Below, one piece after another: positions 10,306 through 20,003 of a stretch of 64,000 bases of DNA (positions are counted from its first letter, which is position 1; the number at the start of each line of letters is the position of its first letter). The notes under the pieces were generated by a model. The model saw nothing but the letters and a program-made list of their open reading frames with translations. It was not told where the DNA came from and made no database searches. The position numbers were made by a program, and so were the translations under genes. The stretch covers positions 1,184,001-1,248,000 of the forward strand of contig CAWFXL010000001.1 of assembly GCA_963819815.1 (NCBI GenBank), in the 5' to 3' direction. Source of the stretch: an uncultured bacterium (GTDB lineage: Bacteria > Babelota > Babeliae > Babelales > Babelaceae).

Positions 10306-10626
10306 ATGATTAACAGAGATATGATTGAATTAGTGAAAAATAAACTTGTAGAAACGTATAATCCTCAAGCTATCTATCTTTTTGGTTCATATGCATGGGG
10401 AATGCCAGATGATGAAAGTGACCTTGATCTTCTTATAGTAGTCGATGCACTGACTGACACACATTACAAAATGCTAGTGGATGGTCATATGGCACTTTTA
10501 CGGTTAGATGTTTCAAAAGATCTGTTGCTGTATACCAAAGAACAGTTTGACGTGCTTTCACAAGACAATATGACCTTCTGTTATAAAATCAAACAAAGAG
10601 GGATTAAGATTTATGCAAAAGCATAG
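10306..10626 (+). CDS. MNT antitoxin (minimal nucleotidyltransferase)
   Basis: IYLFGSYAWG...ESDLDLLIV; overlaps the HEPN gene; TTGAAA-17-TATACT promoter upstream. Confidence 0.9.
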   Translation: MINRDMIELVKNKLVETYNPQAIYLFGSYAWGMPDDESDLDLLIVVDALTDTHYKMLVDGHMALLRLDVSKDLLLYTKEQFDVLSQDNMTFCYKIKQRGIKIYAKA

Positions 10627-11044
10627 CCTTTGGTTGGCTTATGCACAAGATGATCTAGAAATTGCGCAATTAATTCTTGCTTCAAGGGGCATAAGAATCG
10701 TCGCTGTGTTATATCATGCGCAACAATCTGCTGAAAAGGCGTTAAAAGCCTACTTAATTGCCCAAGATGCCTCAATACTGAAAACACATGATCTTGTTAA
10801 GCTGGTAATCGCTTGTACCAAGTTAGATTCAGAGTTTGAAACTATTGGAGAGCATGCGGCTGCGTTTAATCCATTTTCAATAAAAACCAGATATCCGGAA
10901 GATTTTTTCTTAATGCTTCACACGAGCGTTGCAATTCAGGCGATAGATCATGCCCGCCAGATCCTTGAATTTACAGAAATAAAAATAGCTTCTATAGCTC
11001 CTTCATGTAGAATGCCTAAAAAGCAGATTCGTAAGCAAATTTAA
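10613..11044 (+). CDS. HEPN domain protein (MNT-HEPN toxin-antitoxin pair)
   Basis: YHAQQSAEKALKAYL, KTHDL, TRYP motifs of HEPN proteins paired with MNT. Confidence 0.9.
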   Translation: MQKHSLWLAYAQDDLEIAQLILASRGIRIVAVLYHAQQSAEKALKAYLIAQDASILKTHDLVKLVIACTKLDSEFETIGEHAAAFNPFSIKTRYPEDFFLMLHTSVAIQAIDHARQILEFTEIKIASIAPSCRMPKKQIRKQI

Positions 11045-11069
11045 TAGCAAGCTCAAGGTCACGTGGATT

Positions 11070-11813
11070 TTAGTTCTGTTGAATTGGCCCTGTAGTTAGC
11101 CCCCTGATAAACTGATAGATATAAGGATTTTCTGATTCCCAAATAGTTGATGCTTCACCGAAGTACTTAATATTCCCTTCATAGAGAAGAGCAACATAAT
11201 CAACATACTTAAATACTTCAAGATCATGGCTGATGATAACAGAAGTTACCTTAAGCCTTTTTTGCATATCTCTCATAAGTTCATGTACAACTCGTGAGGT
11301 AATTGGATCAAGTCCTGTGGTCGGTTCGTCATAGAGAATGATCGACGGGTGGCTAATGAGTGTGCGAGCGATACCGACCCGTTTACGCATTCCTCCAGAA
11401 AGATCCGAAGGATAGCGGTCCATGATATCACTGTGTAATTCAACAAGGGCGAGTTTTTCTATGACAAGAGGGCGTACCTCTTCTTCTTTAAGACCATGCT
11501 CAAGTAGGGAAAGGCCAACATTTTCAAAGACGGTAAGTGAATCAAGAAGAGCGGCAAATTGAAATACATAGCCACAGGTCTTATAAAAGGTTTCTCGCTC
11601 TCGCTCACTGAGTCGAGTTACCTCCTTGTTATCGATGCTGATAGAGCCTGAAGTGGGATATAAAAGTCCGATAATCGATTTGAGAAGGACTGACTTTCCT
11701 TCACCAGATCTTCCTATGATGACGGTCATTTTACCCTCAGGCAGCTCAAGATTCAAATTATCAAGAACCTTACGCCCATTGAACTCTTTGGTGAGATGTT
11801 TGATAGTAATCAT
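11070..11813 (-). CDS. mlaF: MlaF/Ttg2A-type ABC ATP-binding protein
   Basis: GRSGEGKS, LSGGMRKRVGIAR, YDEPTTGLDP; follows an MlaE permease. Confidence 0.88.
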   Translation of the reverse strand: MITIKHLTKEFNGRKVLDNLNLELPEGKMTVIIGRSGEGKSVLLKSIIGLLYPTSGSISIDNKEVTRLSERERETFYKTCGYVFQFAALLDSLTVFENVGLSLLEHGLKEEEVRPLVIEKLALVELHSDIMDRYPSDLSGGMRKRVGIARTLISHPSIILYDEPTTGLDPITSRVVHELMRDMQKRLKVTSVIISHDLEVFKYVDYVALLYEGNIKYFGEASTIWESENPYIYQFIRGLTTGPIQQN

Positions 11814-12589
11814 AGGCCAGCTTTCCAGAGATAGACGCTGAGGAAATAGTTTGCAATTAAGATGGCAATGCAGCCAACTACCACAGCTTGTGTGGTCGAA
11901 AGACCTACTCCGCGGGCTCCGCCAGTTGTTTGAAATCCTTTATAGCAGCCAACAAACGCAATAATATATCCAAAAGCGCATGATTTTATGAGCCCCCCTA
12001 CGATATCCCCAAGGGTCAAAAAGTTTCTAATATTCACCAGATAGATTTCTGGACTGCTGGTGAGCGTAATAAGTGCAAAGAGATAGCCGCCAAGGATACC
12101 AAAAAACATACCAAAGAGGGTAAGGAACGGCATGATAAGAGTTCCTGCCAGTATGCGAGGAACAATTAAATAATGAAAGGGGCTTATGCAAAGGGTTCGT
12201 AGAGCGTCAACCTGTTCAGTGATTTGCATGGTTCCCAGCTCAGCAGCTATTGCTGATCCTGATCTTCCGCATACCATGATTGCGGTGAGTACTGGTCCAA
12301 GCTCTCTGGTCATACCCCAGGCTACAATGACGCCGAGCATCTCTTGACCGCCAATACGGCTCAGCCCTGCATAGGATTGGAGCGCTAAAGCAAATCCAGA
12401 TGAGAGGGTGCTCAGTACGATAACCGATGATGAGTCTACCCCAATGCGCTTCATTTGAAGGGCAAGCTCTTTTACACGTAGGCCCTTGGTAAAGACAGAT
12501 TTTACCGTTCTCATAAAGAAGAACGACCAAGCACCTATTTCTGTAAAGAAATGGATAAACGTAGATCCGATACTATCGATGATATACAC
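11810..12589 (-). CDS. mlaE: MlaE family ABC permease
   Basis: RELGPVLTAIMVCGRSGSAIAAELGTMQITEQVDAL, GGARGVG. Confidence 0.92.
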   Translation of the reverse strand: MYIIDSIGSTFIHFFTEIGAWSFFFMRTVKSVFTKGLRVKELALQMKRIGVDSSSVIVLSTLSSGFALALQSYAGLSRIGGQEMLGVIVAWGMTRELGPVLTAIMVCGRSGSAIAAELGTMQITEQVDALRTLCISPFHYLIVPRILAGTLIMPFLTLFGMFFGILGGYLFALITLTSSPEIYLVNIRNFLTLGDIVGGLIKSCAFGYIIAFVGCYKGFQTTGGARGVGLSTTQAVVVGCIAILIANYFLSVYLWKAGL

Positions 12590-12613
12590 GAGCTTTAGAT
12601 GTTTGAGCTACAC

Positions 12614-12985
12614 TTATGCCTGTGCCGATTCTGCAGATTGTGTCTCTGCGGGGACTTCAGCTGTTGCAGGTGCCGCAGGTATAGATTCTGCCATAGGTGA
12701 AGGAGGTGTTTGGGCCTGCTGGCGTGCAATACTTCCTATAACTTTTGAAGAAGTAGGACGCTTTATAACAGCTAGTAGAAGAGAGCCACCAATAAAGAGA
12801 GCTCCTAAAGCCCAGGTAACTTTTTGAAAAAGGTCCTGTCCTCCAGAGCCGCCAAAGAGTAATTGAGTACCGCCGCCCATACTGCCAAAACCAAGGCTAC
12901 TTTTACCTTTTTGCATAAGGATGAGAAGAATCATAAAAGCGCACAAGAGAACAAAGGCAAAGACGAGTAGGTTATACAAAAACAT
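12614..12985 (-). CDS. secG: Preprotein translocase subunit SecG
   Basis: Two TMs, LILMQKGK and Gly-rich loop LFGG; canonical position downstream of tpiA. Confidence 0.9.
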   Translation of the reverse strand: MFLYNLLVFAFVLLCAFMILLILMQKGKSSLGFGSMGGGTQLLFGGSGGQDLFQKVTWALGALFIGGSLLLAVIKRPTSSKVIGSIARQQAQTPPSPMAESIPAAPATAEVPAETQSAESAQA

Positions 12986-13035
12986 GGTCAGCTCCTTATC
13001 AAATTTTTTTCAAGAATCATATGCTGAGTCCTAGT

Positions 13036-13749
13036 CTAGCATGAAAGAATTATTTTTTTAAGTTCTTCGCTCTTGAGGCTAGACGTTCCGAGTAAAAAGC
13101 CGTCTACAAAGGGGCTAAAGAGCTTTGCTTGAGCTTCCTGTACACTGCCCCCATAGAGAATAAGATGCTTGTGATCACCAAGGAGCTCTCGTATGAGCTC
13201 AAGGATGGTACATAGATCCTCTTGTGAAGGAACTTTGCCTGATCCTATCGACCATACCGGCTCGTAGGCGATGATGCACAAGTCATCGGAGGTAAATGCC
13301 GGGAGTACCGATTCTAGTTGTTCTTGTAAGATAGATCTGCGAATGGGTATCTGGTCAGCTGCTTCACCTATGCAGAGCACGGGATGCATATGGTGCTTAA
13401 GAAGCAGAGTAGCTTTTTTTCGTATTAACTCGTTTGTTTCTCCTTGATACCGACGACGTTCGCTATGGCCTATCAGAGTGTAACGCACCCCCAAGTCTTT
13501 TAAAGAAAGGACCGATACATCACCTGTATAAGCCCCTTTTTCTTCAGCTCCACAATCCTGTGCACCCCATGCAAGATGCTCAAACAGTGAGGTGGCATAG
13601 GGAAGTTCGGTAAAGGATGGACAGATAATGAGCTCATGCTCAGTGAACGAGAGGGTTTCTTGTACTGAAGGAAGCTCTTTTTCAAGCCAGGTACAGGCTT
13701 CCTCATGGCTTAATTGCATCTTCCAGTTAGCAATCAGAAGCTTCTTCAT
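13036..13749 (-). CDS. tpiA: Triosephosphate isomerase
   Basis: ANWKM, GAYTGDVS, IGHSERR, AYEPVW, LYGGSV. Confidence 0.96.
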   Translation of the reverse strand: MKKLLIANWKMQLSHEEACTWLEKELPSVQETLSFTEHELIICPSFTELPYATSLFEHLAWGAQDCGAEEKGAYTGDVSVLSLKDLGVRYTLIGHSERRRYQGETNELIRKKATLLLKHHMHPVLCIGEAADQIPIRRSILQEQLESVLPAFTSDDLCIIAYEPVWSIGSGKVPSQEDLCTILELIRELLGDHKHLILYGGSVQEAQAKLFSPFVDGFLLGTSSLKSEELKKIILSC

Positions 13750-16310
13750 TACTGTATCACGATCGTATCTTTTTTAAGCGATATTGATAGCTTTTTCTGA
13801 TCGGGATGTGCAAGCAGGTACTGAGAAAGGGGGACACTCAGATACTGTTGCAGAGCACGTTTTAAAGGACGAGCACCAAACTCTTGCTCGTAGCCAAGTG
13901 AGGCGATCTTTTCATAGACATCCTCGTCAATGGCAAGCTCAATATGTTTTTCTGCAAGGCGCTTTTTAAGCTGTTCAATCTGCAAACGTGTAATCTGAAC
14001 GACATCCTCATGAGTAAGCATCGTAAAGTACACAATAGCATCAATTCTATTGAGAAACTCTGGCCTAAAGTGCTGATGGAGAAGTTTATCAATCGAACGC
14101 TTTACCGATTCATCAAGTTTTTGAGCTTCAAGGATCAGAGAAGAGCCGATATTAGAGGTCATTATGATGATAGAGTTTTTAAAAGATACGGTACGCCCTT
14201 GCCCATCAGTAAGGTGTCCTTCATCAAGAATTTGTAAAAAGAGATTAAAGACATCTGGATGAGCTTTTTCAATTTCATCAATGAGGAGTACACAATAGGG
14301 ATTTCGTCGTACTGCTTCAGTAAGCTGACCACCTTCCTCGTAGCCGACATATCCTGGAGGTGCTCCGATGAGTCGAGCTACTGCATGCTTTTCCATGTAC
14401 TCAGACATATCGATACGGATGAGCTTTTTAGGATCATCAAAAAGAAAGTCGGCTAGAGTTTTTGCAACTTCAGTTTTACCTACGCCGGTAGGTCCCAGGA
14501 ACAAAAAGGATCCAATAGGTTTATTAGGGTCGGTAAGCCCTGTGCGATGCATTTGAATAGCATTGCTAATAAGTTCAAGTGCTTCATTTTGCCCAACAAC
14601 TCGTTTTTTCAAAATGTCGGTCATGTGAAGAAGCTTTTCAGACTCAGAGGTCTGGAGCTTTTCAACGGGAATTCCCGTCCAGCGTGCAAGAACTGCAGCG
14701 ATATCCTGCTCATCAACTTCTTCTTTAATAAGGTGCTTATTAATACTTTGGAGCTTCTCTTGCTCTTTCTGTAATTGTTGCTCAAGCTTTACTAACGTCC
14801 CATATTTGATTTCAGATGCCTTAGCAAAATCACCTTGACGCTCAGCATTGGTAAACTTGTGTTGTGCTTCATCGATCTGCTCTTTTAATTTACCGATAGA
14901 TTCAAGAGGTGCTTTTTCTGCTTTCCATTGATTTAAAAGCGTTTGGAAATCTTCCTTAAGAGTAGCGAGCTCCTTTTCAAGCTCAGCAAGTCTCTTTTGG
15001 CTTACTCCATCACCTTTTTCTTTGCTGAGTGCAACTTTCTCAATCTCAAGTTGACGTATCTTCCGCTCAAGCTGATCAAGCTCAATAGGTTGTGAATCGA
15101 TTGCCATCTTAATCATAGCAGCAGCTTCATCGACAAGGTCGATAGCCTTATCCGGCAGGAACCGTTCAGGAATATTTTTAGCTGAAAGGAGTACAGCGTT
15201 AACGAGAGCCTGGTCCTTTATTCTGATGCCATGATGCAGCTCATACTTCTCTTTAAGGCCGCGAAGTATTGAAATAGCATCTTCAATTGAGGGCTCTTCT
15301 ACAAGAACTTTTTGAAAACGTCGCTCTAATGCTGCATCTTTTTCGATATACTTTTTGTATTCTTTAATCGTTGTTGCACCAATGCAGTGAAGGTCACCTC
15401 GAGCAAGTGCTGGTTTGAGTAGATTTGAGGCGTCCATGCCCCCGCCAGTTGCACCAGCTCCGACGAGCATATGGAGTTCATCGATAAAGAGGATAATCTT
15501 ATCTGAGCTTTCTTGAATCTCTTTAAGGGTACCTTTTAGCCGTTCCTCAAATTCCCCTTGATATTTAGCGCCTGCGATAAGAAGTCCTAGATCAAGTGCA
15601 TAGATGACATTGTTTTTTAAGCTTTCAGGAACGTCATTATTAATAATACGTTGAGCGATCCCTTCTACGATAGCAGTTTTACCGACGCCCGGTTCTCCGA
15701 TGAGTACTGGATTATTCTTTGTTCTTCGTGAAAGGATTTGGATTACACGCCGTATCTCGTCATGGCGCCCGATAACAGGATCTAATTTTCCCTGACGTGC
15801 TTGTTGCGTAACATTGAGGCAATATTTTTCAAGCATTTGGTATTGCTTTTCCGCATTTTTATCGGTCACTTTTTTCCCTTTCCGAATACTAGACATATGC
15901 TGCAAGAGCATCTGTCGTGTTATCCCGGTTTGTTTAAAAAACGAGCGAAGAGACTCAGGAAGGTAGCTCGTTTCCCACCATTGTACCATAAGATGCTCAA
16001 GAGTGACATATGCATCACCAAGCTCTTGTGCTTCTTTTTCACACGCTTGTAAGAACATATCAAGAGAGTGGTCTCCGGTGAGCTGCGCACCTTCAATGCG
16101 AGGGAGCTTTTCTAGCTCTTGCTCAATGAGCAACGTTAATTTTTGCACATCTACAGCAAACACGGTAAAAAAGGAGAGACAAAACTCTTGGGTTACTGAA
16201 GCTGCTAAGAGATGCAAAGGCACAAGTGCCGGATTCTTACGCTCTTGTGCAAGAAGGATAGCATTGTTTATCAGTTCTTGAACTGAGGTTGAAAAGCGCT
16301 CTGTATCCAT
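13749..16310 (-). CDS. clpB: ATP-dependent chaperone ClpB
   Basis: Two AAA modules ([16 protein letters not shown]), coiled-coil middle domain, [30 protein letters not shown]. Confidence 0.96.
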   Translation of the reverse strand: MDTERFSTSVQELINNAILLAQERKNPALVPLHLLAASVTQEFCLSFFTVFAVDVQKLTLLIEQELEKLPRIEGAQLTGDHSLDMFLQACEKEAQELGDAYVTLEHLMVQWWETSYLPESLRSFFKQTGITRQMLLQHMSSIRKGKKVTDKNAEKQYQMLEKYCLNVTQQARQGKLDPVIGRHDEIRRVIQILSRRTKNNPVLIGEPGVGKTAIVEGIAQRIINNDVPESLKNNVIYALDLGLLIAGAKYQGEFEERLKGTLKEIQESSDKIILFIDELHMLVGAGATGGGMDASNLLKPALARGDLHCIGATTIKEYKKYIEKDAALERRFQKVLVEEPSIEDAISILRGLKEKYELHHGIRIKDQALVNAVLLSAKNIPERFLPDKAIDLVDEAAAMIKMAIDSQPIELDQLERKIRQLEIEKVALSKEKGDGVSQKRLAELEKELATLKEDFQTLLNQWKAEKAPLESIGKLKEQIDEAQHKFTNAERQGDFAKASEIKYGTLVKLEQQLQKEQEKLQSINKHLIKEEVDEQDIAAVLARWTGIPVEKLQTSESEKLLHMTDILKKRVVGQNEALELISNAIQMHRTGLTDPNKPIGSFLFLGPTGVGKTEVAKTLADFLFDDPKKLIRIDMSEYMEKHAVARLIGAPPGYVGYEEGGQLTEAVRRNPYCVLLIDEIEKAHPDVFNLFLQILDEGHLTDGQGRTVSFKNSIIIMTSNIGSSLILEAQKLDESVKRSIDKLLHQHFRPEFLNRIDAIVYFTMLTHEDVVQITRLQIEQLKKRLAEKHIELAIDEDVYEKIASLGYEQEFGARPLKRALQQYLSVPLSQYLLAHPDQKKLSISLKKDTIVIQ

Positions 16311-16353
16311 GGTTATCCTTGAACTACTTCAAATCATTAGTATAGGGAAAACC

Positions 16354-17748
16354 CTACTTAACGACCTCACCATCTTTAACGAGCTGGGCATTTTTACGTC
16401 CAACGTAGAGAGCCGCAAGTATCCAAATAAAACTAAACCCTAGACTATAATAGGTACCAAATATTAAGAGGTCGGTTAGGTTATGCTTATAGGCGTCAGT
16501 AATTTGTGCACCACCCATTTTTGCCATTCGTGCGCCAAAGACATCCGTAAAACCTTTTGTTTTGAACTTTACATCTTTGCTTGTTGGAATGTACATCATT
16601 TCCTTGACCGGATTATTGACTGCGTAACCAAGGCCTTTGGCAATCATCATAACTACGAACGTTGCTAATAAGAGTAAGCCAGCTGTTGGGGCGCCATACG
16701 TAAAATAGAGAAAGAGTGATACGAAAGCGATGATTAAGCAGACAGGGAAGAACAAGAGACCAAAGCGTAAGCCATAATTCTTTATAAGATAGCTCGTCCC
16801 CAGAAGAGCCATCAAGAAGGCTAGAGTATTCGTAGCTACCCCATAGAATCCCTGAAATTGGGCAAAGCCAAGCTCGGTTGAAAAACGGGGAAACACATCC
16901 GCCTGGGATTTCATCTGATACTCAATGATCTGATTAATAACTTCATAGAGTGTAGAGACGATAAAAATGCCAATCAGATACGGACGAGTGAGTAGTAACC
17001 GTATACCTTCAGTAAATCCTGAAATGCCTTCACTTTTAGTTGCAACTTGTGCGGCATGAATATCACCTATTTGCTGGGATGCAGGGATAGTCTTCATGAA
17101 GTACCAGATAAGTATCATAATACTTGCGGTGACACAGGTAACCAATCCAAAGAGTTGCCAGAGGCCAAAAGATGCGGAAAATATCATGAGTGATGATCCG
17201 ACAATAGCCCCTATTTGTGCCCCAGCGATTATAAAAGGATACCCTCTTTTTGCTGATTCTGAATCGCAGATACTGTTGGTAAAAGACCAAAAGAGTGCTG
17301 CAATAAGTGAACCAAAGCTTTCAATTGCAAAGTAAGATACCCAACCTACGTATGCAAGCACATCTTTCCCAAGAAATATATCACCATAGATGCTCCGCAT
17401 TGCTAGGAGTACCGTAATTGTACCAAAAAGCAGAGAATAAAAGGTACAGATAATATAAAATAGCTGATGTTTCTTAAATATATCAACCAGTTTGGAATAG
17501 ATCATGACGACGGCAAAGACCACAAATGGTGACCAGAATTTTGCGGTTGGTTGGAACAACCTTCCTTGGCAGGGGAGCCAGCCGAGATCAGCAGGAAAGC
17601 ATACTTTAAAAAAGAGCGTATCTTTTAATAAACGTAGAAGCCAGTATGCGCCAATAGTCATAAAAAAGGTAAGCGCGAGTAGCGAGAATTTTTTTGTTTC
17701 TTCAGGTTTCAAGTCAGGATAAAAATACTTAATAAGTCCGGCTTTCAT
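16354..17748 (-). CDS. TLC/NTT family nucleotide (ATP/ADP) translocase
   Basis: About 12 TMs; LLRLLKDT, FWSFTNSI...AKRGYP, YAVNNPVKEMMYIPTSKDVKFKTKGFTDVFGARMAK match the TLC family pattern. Confidence 0.88.
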   Translation of the reverse strand: MKAGLIKYFYPDLKPEETKKFSLLALTFFMTIGAYWLLRLLKDTLFFKVCFPADLGWLPCQGRLFQPTAKFWSPFVVFAVVMIYSKLVDIFKKHQLFYIICTFYSLLFGTITVLLAMRSIYGDIFLGKDVLAYVGWVSYFAIESFGSLIAALFWSFTNSICDSESAKRGYPFIIAGAQIGAIVGSSLMIFSASFGLWQLFGLVTCVTASIMILIWYFMKTIPASQQIGDIHAAQVATKSEGISGFTEGIRLLLTRPYLIGIFIVSTLYEVINQIIEYQMKSQADVFPRFSTELGFAQFQGFYGVATNTLAFLMALLGTSYLIKNYGLRFGLLFFPVCLIIAFVSLFLYFTYGAPTAGLLLLATFVVMMIAKGLGYAVNNPVKEMMYIPTSKDVKFKTKGFTDVFGARMAKMGGAQITDAYKHNLTDLLIFGTYYSLGFSFIWILAALYVGRKNAQLVKDGEVVK

Positions 17749-18012
17749 TGAGGCACCTCGTCAAAATATAAGAGATGTAGCTAACGAATTTTCAGTATAG
17801 ACCCCATGTAATAATTATGCAATGGACCCAAAGCTGATGGAGTACGTATATTTTGATAGGATGGGATATTTCTTGGACCAAAGTGTTCGAAGTATTGAAG
17901 TGCTTTTTGCAGAATTTATAAAACTCGTGGAGTAATCGTTTTCGGCGTGAAATGCCTTAAGAAATTTCTTGGGAAGATCATCAAGAAAAGCATCTGTACA
18001 TTCCTTCAAATA

Positions 18013-18042
18013 TTGCATTCATAGTTTTGGCTAGGCTATGCT
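18013..18042 (+). promoter_or_regulatory. Sigma70-type promoter TTGCAT-18-TATGCT
   Basis: Both hexamers and the spacer length are conserved at 19921-19950 in front of the paralog, while the spacer sequence has diverged. Confidence 0.6.
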
Positions 18043-18095
18043 GAAACTAATCTGGGTAGGATGCTCGAAATACAAACCTTTACAGGAGAAATCAT

Positions 18096-19691
18096 ATGAA
18101 GCTCACGTCAAAAATTCTTGGGTTACTGATAACCCTTACTGTGCTTATGCCTGCATTAGCAAAATCGAACAAGCGCAATGACAATGATTGTAAAGAAGAA
18201 ATCGTAAAGTATGTTAAAGGAGGGGGCTATACACCAGGTAAAGGTACCAGGAAACATCCTTTTTCCTCACTCGTAGAGGCACAAAATGACCGAAGTTGGG
18301 ATGTTCTTATTGTCCTTCCCTCAACTATAGCACTTGATTACGGTATTACCCTTAAACCAGGGCAGAAACTAATCGGTGAGTGTAATCCTACGAGGGGTCT
18401 ATTGCCAACCCAGCCTACCATTACTAACACTCATAGTACTTCTAATGGTGGCAATGGAGCAGTGGTTTTGGGCGATTCGACTATAAAGAACATCTATTTT
18501 AAAAATACCTATGCTTCTGCAATCAATTATGATTCAGCGAAAGATCTTGTGGTACAAGATGTCCTCATTACCCGTTTTGATCACGGAACTGGCACTATAT
18601 CGGGGATACAGGGGACTTGCACAAAGTCCGGAAGCACTCTTATTGAGCGCACTATTATTCGCAATGACAATGGCGGATATGCAGGAGTTAATGACGCTAC
18701 ACCAGCAAAGTCCGTTGGAATTCATCGGGACTTAACTGTGTGCAACTGCGAGCTTTCCGAACTTTCTGATACTGGTATAAATACTGGGCCAGTAGGTGAT
18801 AGCACGAACTCATCGTTTGTTGTTATTAAAGATTGTAATTTTCATGATTTTACTAATCTTGCTGAAAACGGAATTATCTGCGGTGGCACTGGTGGAGCTA
18901 CCCAGATAGTTCTCGTAGAAAGTTCAAGGTTTTATAACATTGGTGGTGAGAGTGTCCATATTTATGGCCATCCCGTTTCTCTTTCCTCATTAAAACTCAA
19001 AATCGATTCATGCTTATTTGAAGAAACCAGCCTAAATGGGGCTGTGGCGGTAGAGACGGAGACTTTTGATTCATCAAGTGAATTGATTATAGAAAATTCC
19101 GCAAGTGTGAGTTTGTCGAACTTTTTTGTGTCGCAACAGGATAAGGGTACCGCTGCGAATGTTCAAAAAAGCAAGCTCTGTGGTAATACTGTTACTGGAG
19201 GGATTTTCTATTCTGTTAGTGGTGACGAGACAACTTCTATAGAAAATGTGGCAATGACCGATGTCGTAGGGAATCTCTTTACTGGGTTAACTGGTATTTT
19301 AGTTTCCCCAAATGAGCCGTGGAAGCTACTGACCATCAACTTAGAAGGCAATTGTTTCAGTGGTAGCAATGCTCTAGGCAGCAGCGGTATTTCCATAATA
19401 AGATCCAATACCAATACAAATGCTGGTAATGCGACGATTAATGCCCACTGCAACTCAATTATAGACTTTGCTACTGATATTCAGAATGAAACAAGTGCAA
19501 CCATCAATGCGACCGAAAACTGGTGGGGAGGTCAGCGGTGCCCATCCGGTACCGGTTGCGTTGGCTCACAAATCTGCCAGAAAGGAGTATGTGTAGGACC
19601 AGCGCATGTCATTAACACTGGCGGTGGTACGGTATATGTAATGCCTTCCCTTACAGCCTCTATTAAATGCCCACTCTGTTGTGTAAAATAG
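18096..19691 (+). CDS. Secreted right-handed beta-helix (pectin-lyase-like) protein with Cys-rich tail, paralog A
   Basis: Signal peptide; GKGTRKHPFSSL cap; Asn/Ser/Thr-rich beta repeats; INATENWWG followed by a Cys cluster. Confidence 0.7.
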   Translation: MKLTSKILGLLITLTVLMPALAKSNKRNDNDCKEEIVKYVKGGGYTPGKGTRKHPFSSLVEAQNDRSWDVLIVLPSTIALDYGITLKPGQKLIGECNPTRGLLPTQPTITNTHSTSNGGNGAVVLGDSTIKNIYFKNTYASAINYDSAKDLVVQDVLITRFDHGTGTISGIQGTCTKSGSTLIERTIIRNDNGGYAGVNDATPAKSVGIHRDLTVCNCELSELSDTGINTGPVGDSTNSSFVVIKDCNFHDFTNLAENGIICGGTGGATQIVLVESSRFYNIGGESVHIYGHPVSLSSLKLKIDSCLFEETSLNGAVAVETETFDSSSELIIENSASVSLSNFFVSQQDKGTAANVQKSKLCGNTVTGGIFYSVSGDETTSIENVAMTDVVGNLFTGLTGILVSPNEPWKLLTINLEGNCFSGSNALGSSGISIIRSNTNTNAGNATINAHCNSIIDFATDIQNETSATINATENWWGGQRCPSGTGCVGSQICQKGVCVGPAHVINTGGGTVYVMPSLTASIKCPLCCVK

Positions 19692-19920
19692 CGATTGGCC
19701 ATAGAGCTGTCATGCTCTCAGAAGAGACGGGGCGGGAGAGAAGGAGTAAAAGCCTGGCGTTCATACATATAGCAGCTGTTTAAGCTGCGTAACAGTAATC
19801 TAGGTCCTACTTATCATATCTGGTTGGTTGATGTGTATAGTCGCAAGTTATGAAATGAATCGGGAATCTTTGTAGCAAGGTTAGAAATAAAACAGATGAT
19901 TTACCTTCTAAAAAATACCA

Positions 19921-19950
19921 TTGCATTCATAAGCTTCACTAAGTTATGCT
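19921..19950 (+). promoter_or_regulatory. Sigma70-type promoter TTGCAT-18-TATGCT
   Basis: Duplicate of 18013-18042. Confidence 0.6.
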
Positions 19951-20003
19951 GAGAGTAACGGGGCAGAGCGCCCAGAATAACAAATCTTTAAGGGAGATAT
20001 CAT

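Noticed and set aside
17815..18018. 67-aa minus-strand ORF and a 37-aa plus-strand ORF between NTT and the beta-helix gene
   Set aside because: No clear RBS or recognisable motif; the minus ORF overlaps the promoter.
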